Assembly (NCBI GenBank): GCA_964016885.1
Contig: OZ024742.1
Location: 39,866,001 to 39,930,000 of the forward strand
Source: Eledone cirrhosa
Lineage: Eukaryota
Length of the DNA stretch: 64,000 bases
Direction: 5' to 3'
Below, piece by piece: positions 28,930 through 42,258 of this stretch. Under the pieces are notes generated by a model that was not told the origin of the DNA, did not search any database, and saw only the letters and a list, made by a program, of their open reading frames with translations. How positions within the stretch are numbered: the stretch's first letter is position 1; every line of letters begins with the position of its first letter. Both the position numbers and the translations under genes were made by a program.

Positions 28930-29380
28930 GCTTGTCACATGATTTGGTGTGGATAAGTGTGAACCGTGTAGTGGAGAATGCAGGCATAGTAATTTTCTGA
29001 GTGTGATCAGAGCATGAAGTGTCAAAAATTGAGTTTGTTAGCTTACCAAACACGAAGTTGAAATTATTTTATTTGGGAGATTGTGGCTCACATTGAAAAG
29101 CTAGACGAGGGTGATAGAAACTCACTGGGGTACTTAATACTCAACCACACATTGTAGAACTAGCCATGGGTGCCAAATAATCAGGAACACATTATAGAGG
29201 TAGCCTAGTGTGTCAAATTTTCATCCGCACATTGTAGAGCTAGTCTAGGGTGTTAAACAATCAGGCACAAATTGTAGAGCTAGCCTGAAGTGCAAAATAT
29301 TTCATCACACATTGTAAAGCTAGTCTAGGATGCTAAATACTCAGGCACTTATTGTAGAGCAAGCTTGTAGTGCTTAATAC
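28930..29380. repeat. Dispersed repeat copy 3, ending in ~7 tandem 40-bp units
   Basis: ATTGTA(G/A)AGC at 29231, 29271, 29311 and 29351. Confidence 0.8.
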
Positions 29381-29987
29381 TACTGATTAAATTCTTTTTT
29401 CAAAATACTTTTTTCACCAGTGATTAAAAGTAATGACATTGCTCTGTAGTTTTCTAGATTTGATAGGTGGTGAATTGGCAGAGTCGTAAGGGCATTTGAT
29501 AGAATTCTTTGTCGTAATTTTCTAACTCACTGGGCTCTGAGCTCAAAACCCACCCAGATCAATATATACATACACATATATTTATGCACATAAATAAAGT
29601 ACCAGTACTGGAATCGATATTTCCCCTACCTGTTTTTATCTCTTCCTCTCGCTCTGACTCCTTCATCTAGAAAAGATTGGCTGTATTCAAACCTAGACAG
29701 AGATGAGTACTGCCAGGTTTGGAAAAATCCTAAGACGCAACGTGTGCCAGAACAGTCTCCCTTCGACACCATTGGAAGTTAAGGAATGTTTCTATCCTTT
29801 CTTACGAATGGGGTACACTATCATTTTTTATCAATCATTTGTAACCTCGCTTGTGACGATTTAATTAAATATATGTATCTTATATATCTGTATCATATTA
29901 CCACATGTCTTGATGAGTTCTAACGGTATGCCAACCATTCCTGGCGTTTTATTATTTATTTATTTATTTTATTTATTTGTTTATTTA

Positions 29988-30295
29988 AACTGCTTGATAG
30001 CACTTTCAGCTTCTCTTTCAACAAGTAGTGATAAGTCTTCCATACTATCATCGGTTATTTGGTCTCTCAAGCAATCTTTCCTCTTCATGGGAGAATTGTG
30101 TAAATAGGTGCTTCCTAAAATGCATTCTGCAATTATTTAAAACACTGCTTGTTTTCACTTGCTGCATTCTTGCGAGTCTTTTTCCATCAATAGTATGTTT
30201 TTATTTCCTTCCAGTTGTCTGATTTGCTGAAATATCTTCCGAATATTATTTCTACGGAAGTTTTCTCTGTTTCTTGTATTCTATTTATTAGATGC
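29988..30295 (-). pseudogene. Probable decayed RTE-type LINE ORF fragment
   Basis: Translates to NNIRKIFQQIRQL...EREAESAIKQ, resembling the pre-RT region; contains stops. Confidence 0.4.
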
Positions 30296-30301
30296 TTTAT
30301 A

Positions 30302-30630
30302 GACGCAGCGTCAACAAATAGTTAAGAAGTTCGCCTCGTAATCATTAGGTTCCGGGTTCGATCTTACGGCGTGACATGTTTAGCAAGTGTCATTTAACAT
30401 AACTTTGAAGATAAACGAAAGTTGTTTGGAAGCCCGTCGGAAGGACTGTAACAATATTTCAAAGAACCAGCCATGACACACGCTGTGCGACGCCGAATCT
30501 CCCTGAGAATTAGGTTAAAGGGTACAGGAATCTGAGAAATATTTAGCCATTTACACGTTAATTTCATGAAGGCACTGCACCATTTGTGGAACTACTGAAA
30601 CACCCATCGACGAAATCGACCGAGGTCCAT
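30302..30630 (+). mobile_element. OR1/OR2-like SINE (similar copies 24838-25095 and 36895-37220)
   Basis: tRNA-like head with GGTTCGATC and shared tail. Confidence 0.7.
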
Positions 30631-31099
30631 TATATTATTAGATTTTTATTTGACAGGTGTTTCATTTTTTTATATTTTTGTTTAATTCTTTGTTTATTGT
30701 TGTAATTAGCACTATGGTCCCTGATAACACCAACGTGACAAGGCCAGAACATTTGAATTACGAGAAAAATCCATCCGGTGGGCTTCCACACAGCTTCCGT
30801 CTACGGAAGCGTAGGTCGACTCGAGGTTATGTTAAAACATTTATTTCAACTTGCTCCACTCCACTCAGCTGACAAAAAAGAAGTACAAGTAATTCAAATG
30901 CTCAATATTGTCACACGCTGAATTTCATTGAGAATTAAGTTAAGGGTAAACGTGTCTATGAAGAAGTAATGCTAGAGCTGTGAAATCTTGCATGCATTAA
31001 TTTCAACTCTTCTTATTAATAAATGCATGGTTTTCTTTCCAGGTACTATGTTGAAATATAAACCTCATTTGTTCATTCCATAACCTTTCAGCCGACTCT

Positions 31100-31131
<32 letters not shown>

Positions 31132-31132
31132 G

Positions 31133-31226
<94 letters not shown>

Positions 31227-31335
31227 CTACAGTTGCAAGTGGCGCGCCGTTCGAAGCAGTCAATGCTGTTACTAGATCTGTCTCGATTAGGCTGTATTCC
31301 AGAGTTATAACGGCTGTAGTGCGCACAGTGTAACT

Positions 31336-31648
31336 AGATTAAGAAGAATCGAAGTCAGTGTTGCAGCATCTGTAAAAACTTGATTGGCATATTAGAATTG
31401 TTTCGATATCGATCAGCTCAGAGTAAAATCAAGATGACGGCACCCGACTCTTTTTCGACTTCTCGTCAGTTATGCGAGTTTATAACTGCAAAGGCAGATC
31501 TAAACTCGCATATCTAACGAAATGTCGAAAAAGAGTGGGGATGCCGTTATCTTGATTGTACCCTGAGCTGATCGATATCGAAACAATTCTAATATGCCAA
31601 TAAAATGTGTACTTATTCTGCAACACTAACTTCGATTCTTCTTAATCT
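31336..31648. mobile_element. Foldback with ~147-bp arms, each containing a hammerhead-like motif
   Basis: Arms 31336-31482 / 31501-31648; GCATAT-CT(A/G)ACGA...TCGATATC-GAAA-CAATTC-TA-ATATGC; a further fragment at ~31909-31950. Confidence 0.75.
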
Positions 31649-31649
31649 C

Positions 31650-31815
<166 letters not shown>

Positions 31816-31852
31816 TATATATATATATATATATATACAGAGAGAGAGATAG

Positions 31853-31886
<34 letters not shown>

Positions 31887-32048
31887 AGGGGGGGGAGAGT
31901 GAGAGAGAGAGATTAAGCAGAAAAGTCAGTGTTGCAGAATATGTACAAACTATACATATATATATATAGTGTTTGTATACGTAGATTAAGGGATATGCTG
32001 TTTGTTAAAAAATGTAAAGGTTCTACCGCCAGTCACTTGTAACTCCCC

Positions 32049-32139
<91 letters not shown>

Positions 32140-32142
32140 TAT

Positions 32143-34991
32143 ATTTCTTTTATTTGCCACTAGGGCATCAAAAGTGGGACAAGTACAAAGGGGGGAGTTT
32201 ACACAAAAAGGCGTCCTCAATAAGGAGAAGGCAATAACAAAATATAAAAATAAAATAAGATATAACAAAAAATAAAATTTTTAACAAAATCCTCAATAGA
32301 GAGGAGGCGCCTTGGGGGGTCGCACACCCCCCCGAAAAAAGTGTGCAACCCTTCTCCTCAGGAGCACAGAGAAGGGGTGCTCCCTTGGTCTTTCATCTTC
32401 CTCACCTATAGTCTGATGTAGAGTGAAGGCCCATTCACACGGGCCATTCTCGCCACTTTCACCCATCTTTCATAGAAACGGCTGGGGTGCAGCACCTCTC
32501 TCTCCATCCTGATCCTTCTTCCGAAATGATATCGGAAGAAACGGACCAGTTGTTGGCCAGAGAGAAAGGTGCCCGACCTCAGTCCTTTCAGACGCGTCCA
32601 CCATACAACCTCTTTCGCCATGGCTATTACGCACAGAAACACCGCCTCTGCTTCATCTTTGAAGGGGGGAGGCGGCTTGATCATTACAATAGACTCGGTG
32701 GTCAACCGGATCGGTCCCACCCTTGACAGCAGTTGTTCGACATAGCCCCACAGATCGGCTACGCCCGAGCAGTGTACTAATGCGTGTGCAACGGTTTCCT
32801 CGTCGCACACGCATCTGGGACAGATCTTTTTGGCGGGGTCCCTACCCGGGCGCCCGTGTCTGTAGAGCCTTTCTCGAACGGGTAAAGCCCCTCGGTAGCA
32901 CTGCCAGGCCAGGGACTTCTGGAAGTTGTCCATAGGTCCCGGGCTAAATGTCCTACCGAAAAGGCTGGCCAGTTCGTCCTCCTCCATGTCTAGGGCTTCT
33001 CCGAGGGCGTCGTCGCACCTGCTGCGTACCAGCCCTCTATAGAATGTTGCGGTGGAGTCTCCACTGATAACCGGATCCGCCTGCCAGAGGGCGGTGAGCG
33101 CCTGGGCACACTCAGTGTGCCAGGCGCCCAGTTTTCTCGGTCTTTGCTTGACCCAGGATTGCAGCTCGGTGAGTGAGACGAGTCTGGGAAAGGTTCGTCT
33201 CACAAACGAGGCCCACACCGGTTGTCCGGTGAGGAATACGTAGAGGTGCCGTAGCCTTAATGCGTGTTTACGCATCATTAGCCACGGCATCCCCAGCCCT
33301 CCTTTCGAAGGGTGTTGACAGCAGATGGATCTCCTCACCATAGGAGCCCGCCTCTTCCAAAGGAATTGGAAGAGCGCGCGCTCCATCTTGGTGAGGGTTT
33401 CCCTTGGGCAGGGCACTACGGTCAGGCGGTAGTAGATGACGGACGCTATGTAGGTGTTCGCCACCTCCGCCCGACCTTTCAGGGATAGTTTGCAACTGGC
33501 CCACTTCTGGGTCAGTGCAAACACTCTGTTCGTAACCTCCGCCCAGTTTTTCTCCACCTGGAGGTCCGGTCCGAACCAGACCCCGAGCAACTTCACCGGG
33601 CCCTCCGTCCAGCGTCCGACGAGGCTATCGGAGGGCATCGGTCTGCCCCTCCACGTGCCGAGTTGCAAACCGATCGACTTGTCCCGGTTCAGCTTAGCCC
33701 CTGTGAACTTTTCGTACTCCTCCAGTAAGGTGCCGACCGCCTCGATTTCGGAGGCCGTCGACACCATTACTGTCACGTCATCGGCGTAGGCCGACACCGC
33801 TTTCCGCAATCCCGGTTCCAAAGGGATGCCCTGCAACAACTCCAACTTCCGCAGTAGTGGCTCGAGAGTCAATACATACAGAAGGGAGGAGAGAGGGCAC
33901 CCTTGTCGGATGGACCGCGCGATTTTGAACGGCTCCGAGAGGTAGCCGTTCACCTTGACCCTAGAGCAGATGCGGCTGCTGTGCATAGCAGTGATCCAGC
34001 CCCTGAAAACGGGTCCGAAGCCTGCCGCCGCTAGCACCGCATCCAGGTAACCATGGTCGACCCTATCGAACGCCTTAGATTGATCCAAGTTGATCAGAGC
34101 CCCACCAAAGCCGGGTTCGTTCCCAACCCTCTCTATGATGTATCGCATGAGGTGGAGGTTGTCATGGATGGACCTGGACGGGATAGCGCATGTCTGCGCA
34201 TCTCCCACCAGGTTGCCCACGACAAGCGCCAACCTCTTTGCTAGCACCTTGGCCAAAATCTGTAACTCTGTATTTAGCAGTGTTATGGGCCTGAAGTTAC
34301 TTATTTCGTCCCCCTTGTTCTCGTCCTTCCTCACTAGCGTGACTACGCCCTTGGTCACAGTACAGGGAATTCTCCCGTTCTGTTGCCAGTTGCAGTAGAC
34401 CGCCTCGAGGAGATCGGGGAACAAGTCCGGCATAGCTAGATATAATTCGTAAGGAAGACCATCGAGACCCGGGGATTTGCGTTTGCCGCATTGGCTCAGC
34501 ACGTCCTCTATCTCAGCGGCCGAAATCGGCTCCTCGCAGGACTTCGCCTCCCTGTCCGAGAGGCGCGGCAGGCCGTCGAGGTATGGACCGAAGTCCACGT
34601 TCCCAACCGGCTCCCCGCCCCTCCCGAACAGTCGGGCAAAGTGCCTTTGAAAGGCCTCACACATCTGCTTAGGCTCAAGAATCGCCCGTCCATCCAGGTC
34701 TCGCAAAGACCGGATGGTGGATTTAGTTCCACTGTTGGCCTCTGTCACGCGGGCCCAGCTAACAGCTTTGGTCCCCTCGTTCCCTAGAGCACGTATTTTA
34801 CTTCGGACAACGCAGCCTTCGTGCTTCGCGTCGAAAAACTGGCTCAAAGCCGTTCTCGACGCTAGCACTCTGGCCACGTCGCCGCTTCTAATTGCCTCTT
34901 CTACTCTATCTATTAGCTCCCTTTCCTTCCTATTCCTATCCGCAGCTAGAACCTTACTAAATTCTATCGAGACTACTCTAATCTCTCTCTT
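32143..34991 (-). mobile_element. 5'-truncated Tx1/L1-group LINE inserted in (TA)n
   Basis: GC-rich island between two (TA)n tracts; ~260-nt 3'UTR ending AATAAAAGAAAT. Confidence 0.93.
32406..34991 (-). CDS. Tx1-type ORF2 fragment: reverse transcriptase plus C-terminal CCHC finger; endonuclease missing
   Basis: KSPGLDG, FRPITLLN, LDQSKAFDRVDH, IRQGCPLS, YADD, CPRC...ETVAHALVHC; 861 codons with no internal stop. Confidence 0.93.
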   Translation of the reverse strand, partial: KREIRVVSIEFSKVLAADRNRKERELIDRVEEAIRSGDVARVLASRTALSQFFDAKHEGCVVRSKIRALGNEGTKAVSWARVTEANSGTKSTIRSLRDLDGRAILEPKQMCEAFQRHFARLFGRGGEPVGNVDFGPYLDGLPRLSDREAKSCEEPISAAEIEDVLSQCGKRKSPGLDGLPYELYLAMPDLFPDLLEAVYCNWQQNGRIPCTVTKGVVTLVRKDENKGDEISNFRPITLLNTELQILAKVLAKRLALVVGNLVGDAQTCAIPSRSIHDNLHLMRYIIERVGNEPGFGGALINLDQSKAFDRVDHGYLDAVLAAAGFGPVFRGWITAMHSSRICSRVKVNGYLSEPFKIARSIRQGCPLSSLLYVLTLEPLLRKLELLQGIPLEPGLRKAVSAYADDVTVMVSTASEIEAVGTLLEEYEKFTGAKLNRDKSIGLQLGTWRGRPMPSDSLVGRWTEGPVKLLGVWFGPDLQVEKNWAEVTNRVFALTQKWASCKLSLKGRAEVANTYIASVIYYRLTVVPCPRETLTKMERALFQFLWKRRAPMVRRSICCQHPSKGGLGMPWLMMRKHALRLRHLYVFLTGQPVWASFVRRTFPRLVSLTELQSWVKQRPRKLGAWHTECAQALTALWQADPVISGDSTATFYRGLVRSRCDDALGEALDMEEDELASLFGRTFSPGPMDNFQKSLAWQCYRGALPVRERLYRHGRPGRDPAKKICPRCVCDEETVAHALVHCSGVADLWGYVEQLLSRVGPIRLTTESIVMIKPPPPFKDEAEAVFLCVIAMAKEVVWWTRLKGLRSGTFLSGQQLVRFFRYHFGRRIRMEREVLHPSRFYERWVKVARMARVNGPSLYIRL

Positions 34992-35399
34992 TATATATAT
35001 ATATATATATATATAGATACACAAACAAATAGTCATACAATAGAGGAAAAAAAAATGAAGCGAAGGAGAAAAATGCGATACGAAGAACGAAAAAAAAAAA
35101 AGCAAGAAAGAAAGTAAGAAAGAACGAAAGTAAGAAAGACAGAAAGAAAGAAAGAACGAAAGAAAGTAAGAAAGAAAAAATAAAGAACGAAAGGAAGAAA
35201 GAAAAGAGGAAAGTAATGAAACAGGAAGAAGAGAAAAAAGGAGAAATGGAAGTACATAAATGCCTGACTCTGATTCCGCCTACGAGAATCAACTCCTAAG
35301 TTTCCTTCTCGAATGAATTCGGTTATCTCTTGTCTTGTCTGCTATGTTCACCACCTGCTGACATAAGGGTATGGATGTTATGGTGGTATGTACGTGTAG

Positions 35400-36020
<621 letters not shown>

Positions 36021-36544
36021 TATTTATATGAAGGGTATTACTCATGACCTATGCTGGGGGTCTCATTCCTTAGACTTGTGATATCGATGTGGTTGATATT
36101 TAGTCTGAACATATGTAATTTGGGAAAGAATGTCTAGAGAAAGACATGTTGTTGTGTTGTTGTTGTTGTTGTTACAGCTCACACCAATGCATGTTTAGCT
36201 GGCCTCCTCCAAGGTATATCTCGTTGGAGGCGTCTTGGGTGATTTAATGATAGGGACCCTAGTCCTATCATTTCATTTCTACAGCTGAGTAAACTGGAGC
36301 AACGTGAAATAAAGACATTCTGGGAATGAAGAATTGAGGAATATTTTTTAGGGAGGTATCTATGAGTTAAGAAACAGTAGAAGTGAGAGAATGAGGAGGG
36401 ACCAGTGGGATGGAAAACTAAGCTTGTATCAGACTCTGGCTGAAAATTTCACCTGGCCGCCATTATGCATTGTTAACGGTGGCAAAAAAAAAAAAAAATT
36501 AAATTTGCGGTTCTTTAAATATAGGATGATAAGACAGTCTACAG

Positions 36545-36809
36545 CAGCGGCGTGCGGAGCTCTGGTGATGCCCGGGGCAAATCTTGATTGTATGCCCCAA
36601 AGACTCAAGTATAAGGCCTAATATACTGAGAAATATGAGAAAGGAAAATATTTTGAATATATAAACACAGATGAAACATGAAATAGACGCTTTATTCAAT
36701 TTTAATATAAATCAATCCAATTTATTGAGTTCTTTTCCCCAAATGATACCCCCATCCTAAGGATGCCCGGGACCAACGCACCACCGCCACTCCCATCTGC
36801 ACGCTACTG
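36545..36809. mobile_element. hAT MITE
   Basis: TIRs CAGCGGCGTGCGG / CTGCACGCTACTG; perfect 8-bp TSD GTCTACAG. Confidence 0.85.
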
Positions 36810-37530
36810 GTCTACAGCCCACCCAGCCATCGTATCTCCCTAATCCACCGCTGTTGCTGACAAGCGTGTTTACTAACCCAGTATACGGTATTGTGGACGC
36901 AGGCATAGCTGAATCGTTGAGAAGTTCGTTTTGGAATTATGAGGTCACGGGTTCAATACCACAGCGTGACCTCTGGGCTAGTGTCTTCATCATAACCTTG
37001 GGTCGATCTAAGCATTCCATAGACGGAAACTGTACAGAAGCCTGTCAGTGGATAGTACCTGAAATTCAAAGGTTTAGACCTTGTCATATATTTTGTTACG
37101 TTGGTTCTGCCTGGGAATTGGGATAAAGGGCACACGTGTCTGTGGAATACTCAACCACTTAAACGGGCGTTTAACTAATCGAATAACTGAATGCTTATCG
37201 TCGAAACCGATGGAGGATGTATCATATATATGGTAGTCAATTTGATAGTTCAATGGAGCAGGCGACATTGAAGTAATGGTTTAAGAAAAACAAAAACAAA
37301 TATCAGTTAATAGAATATTGATGAGTGAATCTTTGCTCGTCGGATGTCTTTCTATCAGATTCCACCAAGAGCAGCGTTGGGGAACCACTTTAAAGCTGCA
37401 AAGCACATTGACATTAACTGAAATACAATGAGGCGACATTTAAAAAAAAAATATTGTCCCGCTAAACCTCAGTAATGTTACGAAATATAATTACAATTAT
37501 CAATAAAGAAACGTCCTTGTTCTAGTAATT

Positions 37531-37600
37531 TATTGGGTCGTCAAGTATAAAATTTGTAGAAATTTGTTTTTCTACAAATTTCATACTTGACGACCCAATA
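37531..37600. repeat. 70-bp palindrome, probably a mariner-type mini-MITE
   Basis: TATTGGGTCGTCAAGTAT...ATACTTGACGACCCAATA with TA ends. Confidence 0.7.
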
Positions 37601-37869
37601 TTTGAAATATGAAAGTGGTCGCCATTTTGTATTTTTAGACGCCTGATAAGAAAATTGCGGCTCGTGATCATCAGCCGAACACCCTAACCATTAAACCACG
37701 CGCCTTCACGAAGTGAATAGTAACTATTCATTATATAACAGAAGCAAGATGATTACAGAAATAAAGTATTGAGTAGCGAAGTCCTGGTTCGTGACTTCAA
37801 ATCCGTGTTTCCTGTGGTTTCGGAGCAAATACTAAAGTTTACAATGGTTCGGTTTTTGTTGTCGTTTAA

Positions 37870-38090
37870 CCCTTTAGCATTTACATTACTCTATATTTAC
37901 TATTATATTTTCACAGTAAAGGCTTTACCTCAACATGATTATCTCACATAATATCGAATGTACGGGATTTTGATAGTATTTATTTTGAGAACAATACCTT
38001 AACATCAGTATGAACGGACGGTTATGCTAGTTTGAACAGAAAGAGGTGAAAGAATTCTAACCGGATATGGCCGGTTTAAATGCTAAAGGG
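37870..38090. mobile_element. piggyBac-type MITE
   Basis: TIR CCCTTTAGCATTTA at both ends; TTAA TSD. Confidence 0.85.
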
Positions 38091-38542
38091 TTAACCTCTG
38101 GAAATTGAACTCATGACCATACAATAGTAAGTGGAACACCCTAACTACTCGGATATGTCACTTGAAGATCATTCAGCGGCAATTTTTACAGTAATGTTTT
38201 GGTTTAAATTGCATTCTGGTCGTTCTTTTAAATTATTGGTGGCGAAATAGCAGGACATCGGACTAAATGCCACAATATTTGTTCTGACTCTGTGCGTTCT
38301 GAGTTAAAATTTTGCTGGGGTCAACTTTGAGTTTCATCCCTTCAAAGTCGATAAAGCACTGGGTCGATTCTCTATCTCTCACTCCCTCTTTCTTTGTCTG
38401 AAAGGTATCGGCTGTGTTCCGACCTGAAGTGGGATAGACTCCGCTAAGTATATAATGAACAGGTGTTTCAGGATGGCGCCCCTATGACTCCATCGGGAGT
38501 TAAGGGCCCTTTCCTGTTTTTTTTTTCTTCGCATTATAGTTA

Positions 38543-39132
38543 CTAGCAGAAATACCACCCTTCGGATGGTTTTCTGCTAGTATGTGTAGTGTGCATATCG
38601 ATATTATACGCAAGTATATATACATGTAGATATGATACATCAAATAAAATCGTAATTGACAATATACACAGAAATTGAACGCAAACTGCGTTACACTGTC
38701 TTATGTAATCAGACGATATTATATGTAAACTTCATCTGAGTTCAAATCCCGCCGAGGTTGACTTTACCTTTCATCTTTACGGGGTCGATAAAATAAAGTA
38801 CCAGTAATGCACTGGGTAATTGTTGGCCTTGTGCCTAAAGTAGAAACAATTATATATAAACTGCATTAGGAGATAATTAGTGACGGAAATATATGAATGT
38901 TTATTTAAGCGATCACTAACCGGAAGTGTTGACATTTGAAAATTTTAAAGAAGTGAATCTTAAAATAAGCAACAAATTTATTTATATTTAATCAAAAATA
39001 ACGAAATTTAGTAGATAAATTATGTAATATTCATTCATTATTTATTCAAAGTAATCCAACTTATTTTACAAACGGGATAAAAAAAAATATTCTGGACGCA
39101 TTCCCGCACTCCTTACTTTATTATAGTTTAGA
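38543..39132 (-). mobile_element. Non-autonomous Helitron containing an OK-like SINE fragment (38736-38849)
   Basis: Minus strand begins A|TC and ends with hairpin ACCATCC-GAA-GGGTGGT then CTAG|T. Confidence 0.75.
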
Positions 39133-39394
39133 TTTTCTCTGACCAGACACATACACACACAGACATACACGTGAGCACACACACACATCTAATTATCTCA
39201 TAACGTAATTGTAAAATACCCGCTTTACAGGTATCGGTCTAGGTAGCTACCTACCTACCTACCTACGTATACATGCATACTTACATAATTACACACCATA
39301 TATATACACACATACATACACACATACATACATACATACATACATACATACATACATACATACATACATACATACATACACATACATACATGCA

Positions 39395-39425
<31 letters not shown>

Positions 39426-39588
39426 TTACACACATACATACATATACACATACATATATACATACATATATACATACATATTTACACACACATATTTACA
39501 CACACATACATATGCACACACACTCACTCACATACATACACACATACACACTCACACACATACATACATACATACATACATACATACA

Positions 39589-42258
39589 TGCAACATAGAG
39601 AGCAACTTCACACAACACCAGGAAGACCTAAAGAAAAAGTTAGAGAGAAGATTTGGAGATACAAAATTTAAAACTTTGAACTCCAAATTACACCAGTTGA
39701 AACAACAACTCACAGCTACAACAGAAAGACTAAAATATAAGTCAACAGCACATAAACGACAAGTGCTAAATAGATTGTTTGCCAGAGATCCTAAATCAGT
39801 TTATCGCAGCTTCGGTGGCAAAAGCTCAATCCCTGTAAATGACACCCCTTCAAAAGAACAGGTTGAGAGCTACTGGAGATCTGTATGGGAAACGGATGAC
39901 GGATTCAACAGACAAGCTAATTGGCTAAAAGAACTGGAACAGGACTACTGCCAACATGTCCAGACAAAACAATATGACATAGATGGGTCAATACTGGAAA
40001 CAGCTCTACAGAAAATGTCGAATAGGAAATCGCCAGGCCCAGACCTCATTACAGGATACTGGTTGAAGAATTTCACTTTCTATCGGCAAGATCTCATACG
40101 GCTGTTTACAGAAACCATTAAGGGCACACAAGAACTGCCCAGATGGTTATCAACTGCCTCTACTCTCCTCATTCCCCAAAATAGCCAAACCACCCTTGCT
40201 AAAAATTACCGCCCAATTGCCTGCCAAAACATCATGTATAAATTATATACTGGGTGCCTTAACCTGTTCTTACAGGATCACTGTGCTACCAACAACATCA
40301 TAACACCTGAGCAAGCTGGTGGAAAGAGGGAGGTGTGGGGTTGCATAGATCACCTACTAACTAACAAAATGATTCAGGAAAAAACAACAAAGAATCGCAG
40401 AAACATGACTGTCGTGTGGCTGGACTATCAAAAAGCATTTGATAGTGTACCTCATGGGTGGATTGTTAAGGCTTTACAGTTAGCTAAAGTCCCACAACCA
40501 TTGGTAGCTGCTGTTGAACGCCTGACCAAGAACTGGTACACCAGTTTGATCCTTAGAGGTGAGAAGGAGCAGGTTAAGACTGATAAGATACATTACCAGA
40601 AGGGCATCTTTCAGGGTGATAGCTTGTCAGTGCTACTCTTCGTTCTCTCACTGAATCCACTATCTTACCTACTCAGGAAACAAGGTCGACAAAGAAGTGG
40701 GACCAGAAGTATCTCCCATCTTTTCTTTGTTGATGACCTGAAGTTGTATGGGCCAAATATCAATGACATCAAGAAACAATTGGACCTCATTACACAATTT
40801 TCAACCGACATCAAAATGAAATTTGGTGAGTCCAAGTGTGCATATTTGGCAGTAAAACGTGGAAGAGCTGTGCCCTCCTCTAGAAATCTAGAGATGAACG
40901 GCCTGACAATACAACCTCTGCAGTCAGGTGACAACTACAGATATCTTGGACAGGATGAGAATGTCAGATATGATGGACCCATAAATAAGGAGAGAACCAG
41001 AACTGAATACCTCAGAAGAGTAAAGAAAATATGGTCATCAGAACTGTCAGCATACAACAAATACATTGCCCACAATACTTATGCTGTGCCAATTCTAACG
41101 CCAACATTTGGCCTACTGAACTGGTCATTGCAAGAACTAAGTGAGATGGATGTTAGAACTCGAAAACTTCTCAGTGTTACTGGGAACTTTAACATCAATG
41201 GTGATGTGGATAGGCTATACTTCTCACGCAAGGAAGGTGGCCGGGGTCTAAAATCTATATTAACAACATATGAGACCCGGATAGTGACACTGAAGCAACA
41301 CCTTCAACAGAGGAAAAAGGTTGGCAACCATCTTGCCCAGGTTTATGACCATGAAAAAAGAAATATCATTAGAATAGCGACTGATCTGGAGGAGAGATAT
41401 GGAATAAAGCCCGATATAAATCTCTCACCCAGAGAAATCGGAAGATCCTATTCAATGTTCAAACAAGAAAAAAAAATTGACCAATTTACAGAAAAAGTTG
41501 TGCATGGATACTTGAGGCGTAAAACACAGACCATAGAGGGGATAAACCACTCAAAAAGCCTGGCATGGAGTTCCGACAAGTTTATGACATCACACCTTGA
41601 GGGATATCTCTATGCAATACAGGAACAAGAACTCCCTACCAAATATCTGCTGCACAAAAGAGGAGGGCCAGCAGCTGACAATAAATGTAGGCTATGTAAA
41701 ACAAAGATCGAGGATGTAAGCCACATTGTTGCCAGCTGCGAAAGAATGTCATCTCGCTACTACCTCCCCATGAGACACGATGGGATAGCTAGAACCATCT
41801 GGAACGCACTTCGGAAAACAAAATCAACAACAAACGAGGAAGAATATATTGAGACAGATGGCACTAAGGAATACTGGTGGAACCTGAAAATAAAAACTGC
41901 CACCAAATTAAAGCACAACCGGCCTGATATTGTAGTTTGGGACCACACATTGAAAACGTGTTCTGTTGTGGAGATCAGCTGCCCACTTGATGTAAACGTT
42001 GTCAGAAAAATACAGGAGAAGGAGGACATCTACGGACCATTGATGAGGAGTTTACAAATCCAGTATCCAAGATACACCTTTAGCTTCATACCCATCATTA
42101 TTGGTGCTACGGGTTATATACCAACCCGCTTGGACCAAAGTATGACTGAACTTGGATTTGCGGACAAAAAGCGCAGCTCCCTAATTCATAGTCTACAAAT
42201 GGCTGCGATAGCTGGCACCTTCAAAATTTGCAAAACATTCTTGCGATTCAAGGGATGA
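39589..42258 (+). CDS. Reverse transcriptase, CCHC knuckle and restriction-like endonuclease (R4/Dong type), lacking N-terminus
   Basis: YRPIAC, EQAGGK, WLDYQKAFDSVPH, GIFQGDSLS, FVDDLK, CRLC...HIVASC, RHD, PDIVV, VEISCP, KEDIY. The frame stays open upstream of the listed TTG to the microsatellite junction. Confidence 0.93.
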   Translation, partial: CNIESNFTQHQEDLKKKLERRFGDTKFKTLNSKLHQLKQQLTATTERLKYKSTAHKRQVLNRLFARDPKSVYRSFGGKSSIPVNDTPSKEQVESYWRSVWETDDGFNRQANWLKELEQDYCQHVQTKQYDIDGSILETALQKMSNRKSPGPDLITGYWLKNFTFYRQDLIRLFTETIKGTQELPRWLSTASTLLIPQNSQTTLAKNYRPIACQNIMYKLYTGCLNLFLQDHCATNNIITPEQAGGKREVWGCIDHLLTNKMIQEKTTKNRRNMTVVWLDYQKAFDSVPHGWIVKALQLAKVPQPLVAAVERLTKNWYTSLILRGEKEQVKTDKIHYQKGIFQGDSLSVLLFVLSLNPLSYLLRKQGRQRSGTRSISHLFFVDDLKLYGPNINDIKKQLDLITQFSTDIKMKFGESKCAYLAVKRGRAVPSSRNLEMNGLTIQPLQSGDNYRYLGQDENVRYDGPINKERTRTEYLRRVKKIWSSELSAYNKYIAHNTYAVPILTPTFGLLNWSLQELSEMDVRTRKLLSVTGNFNINGDVDRLYFSRKEGGRGLKSILTTYETRIVTLKQHLQQRKKVGNHLAQVYDHEKRNIIRIATDLEERYGIKPDINLSPREIGRSYSMFKQEKKIDQFTEKVVHGYLRRKTQTIEGINHSKSLAWSSDKFMTSHLEGYLYAIQEQELPTKYLLHKRGGPAADNKCRLCKTKIEDVSHIVASCERMSSRYYLPMRHDGIARTIWNALRKTKSTTNEEEYIETDGTKEYWWNLKIKTATKLKHNRPDIVVWDHTLKTCSVVEISCPLDVNVVRKIQEKEDIYGPLMRSLQIQYPRYTFSFIPIIIGATGYIPTRLDQSMTELGFADKKRSSLIHSLQMAAIAGTFKICKTFLRFKG

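Noticed and set aside
34992-35105. N-terminal extension supplying a start to the Tx1 ORF
   Set aside because: Derived from (TA)n and low-complexity flank, with a non-ATG start.
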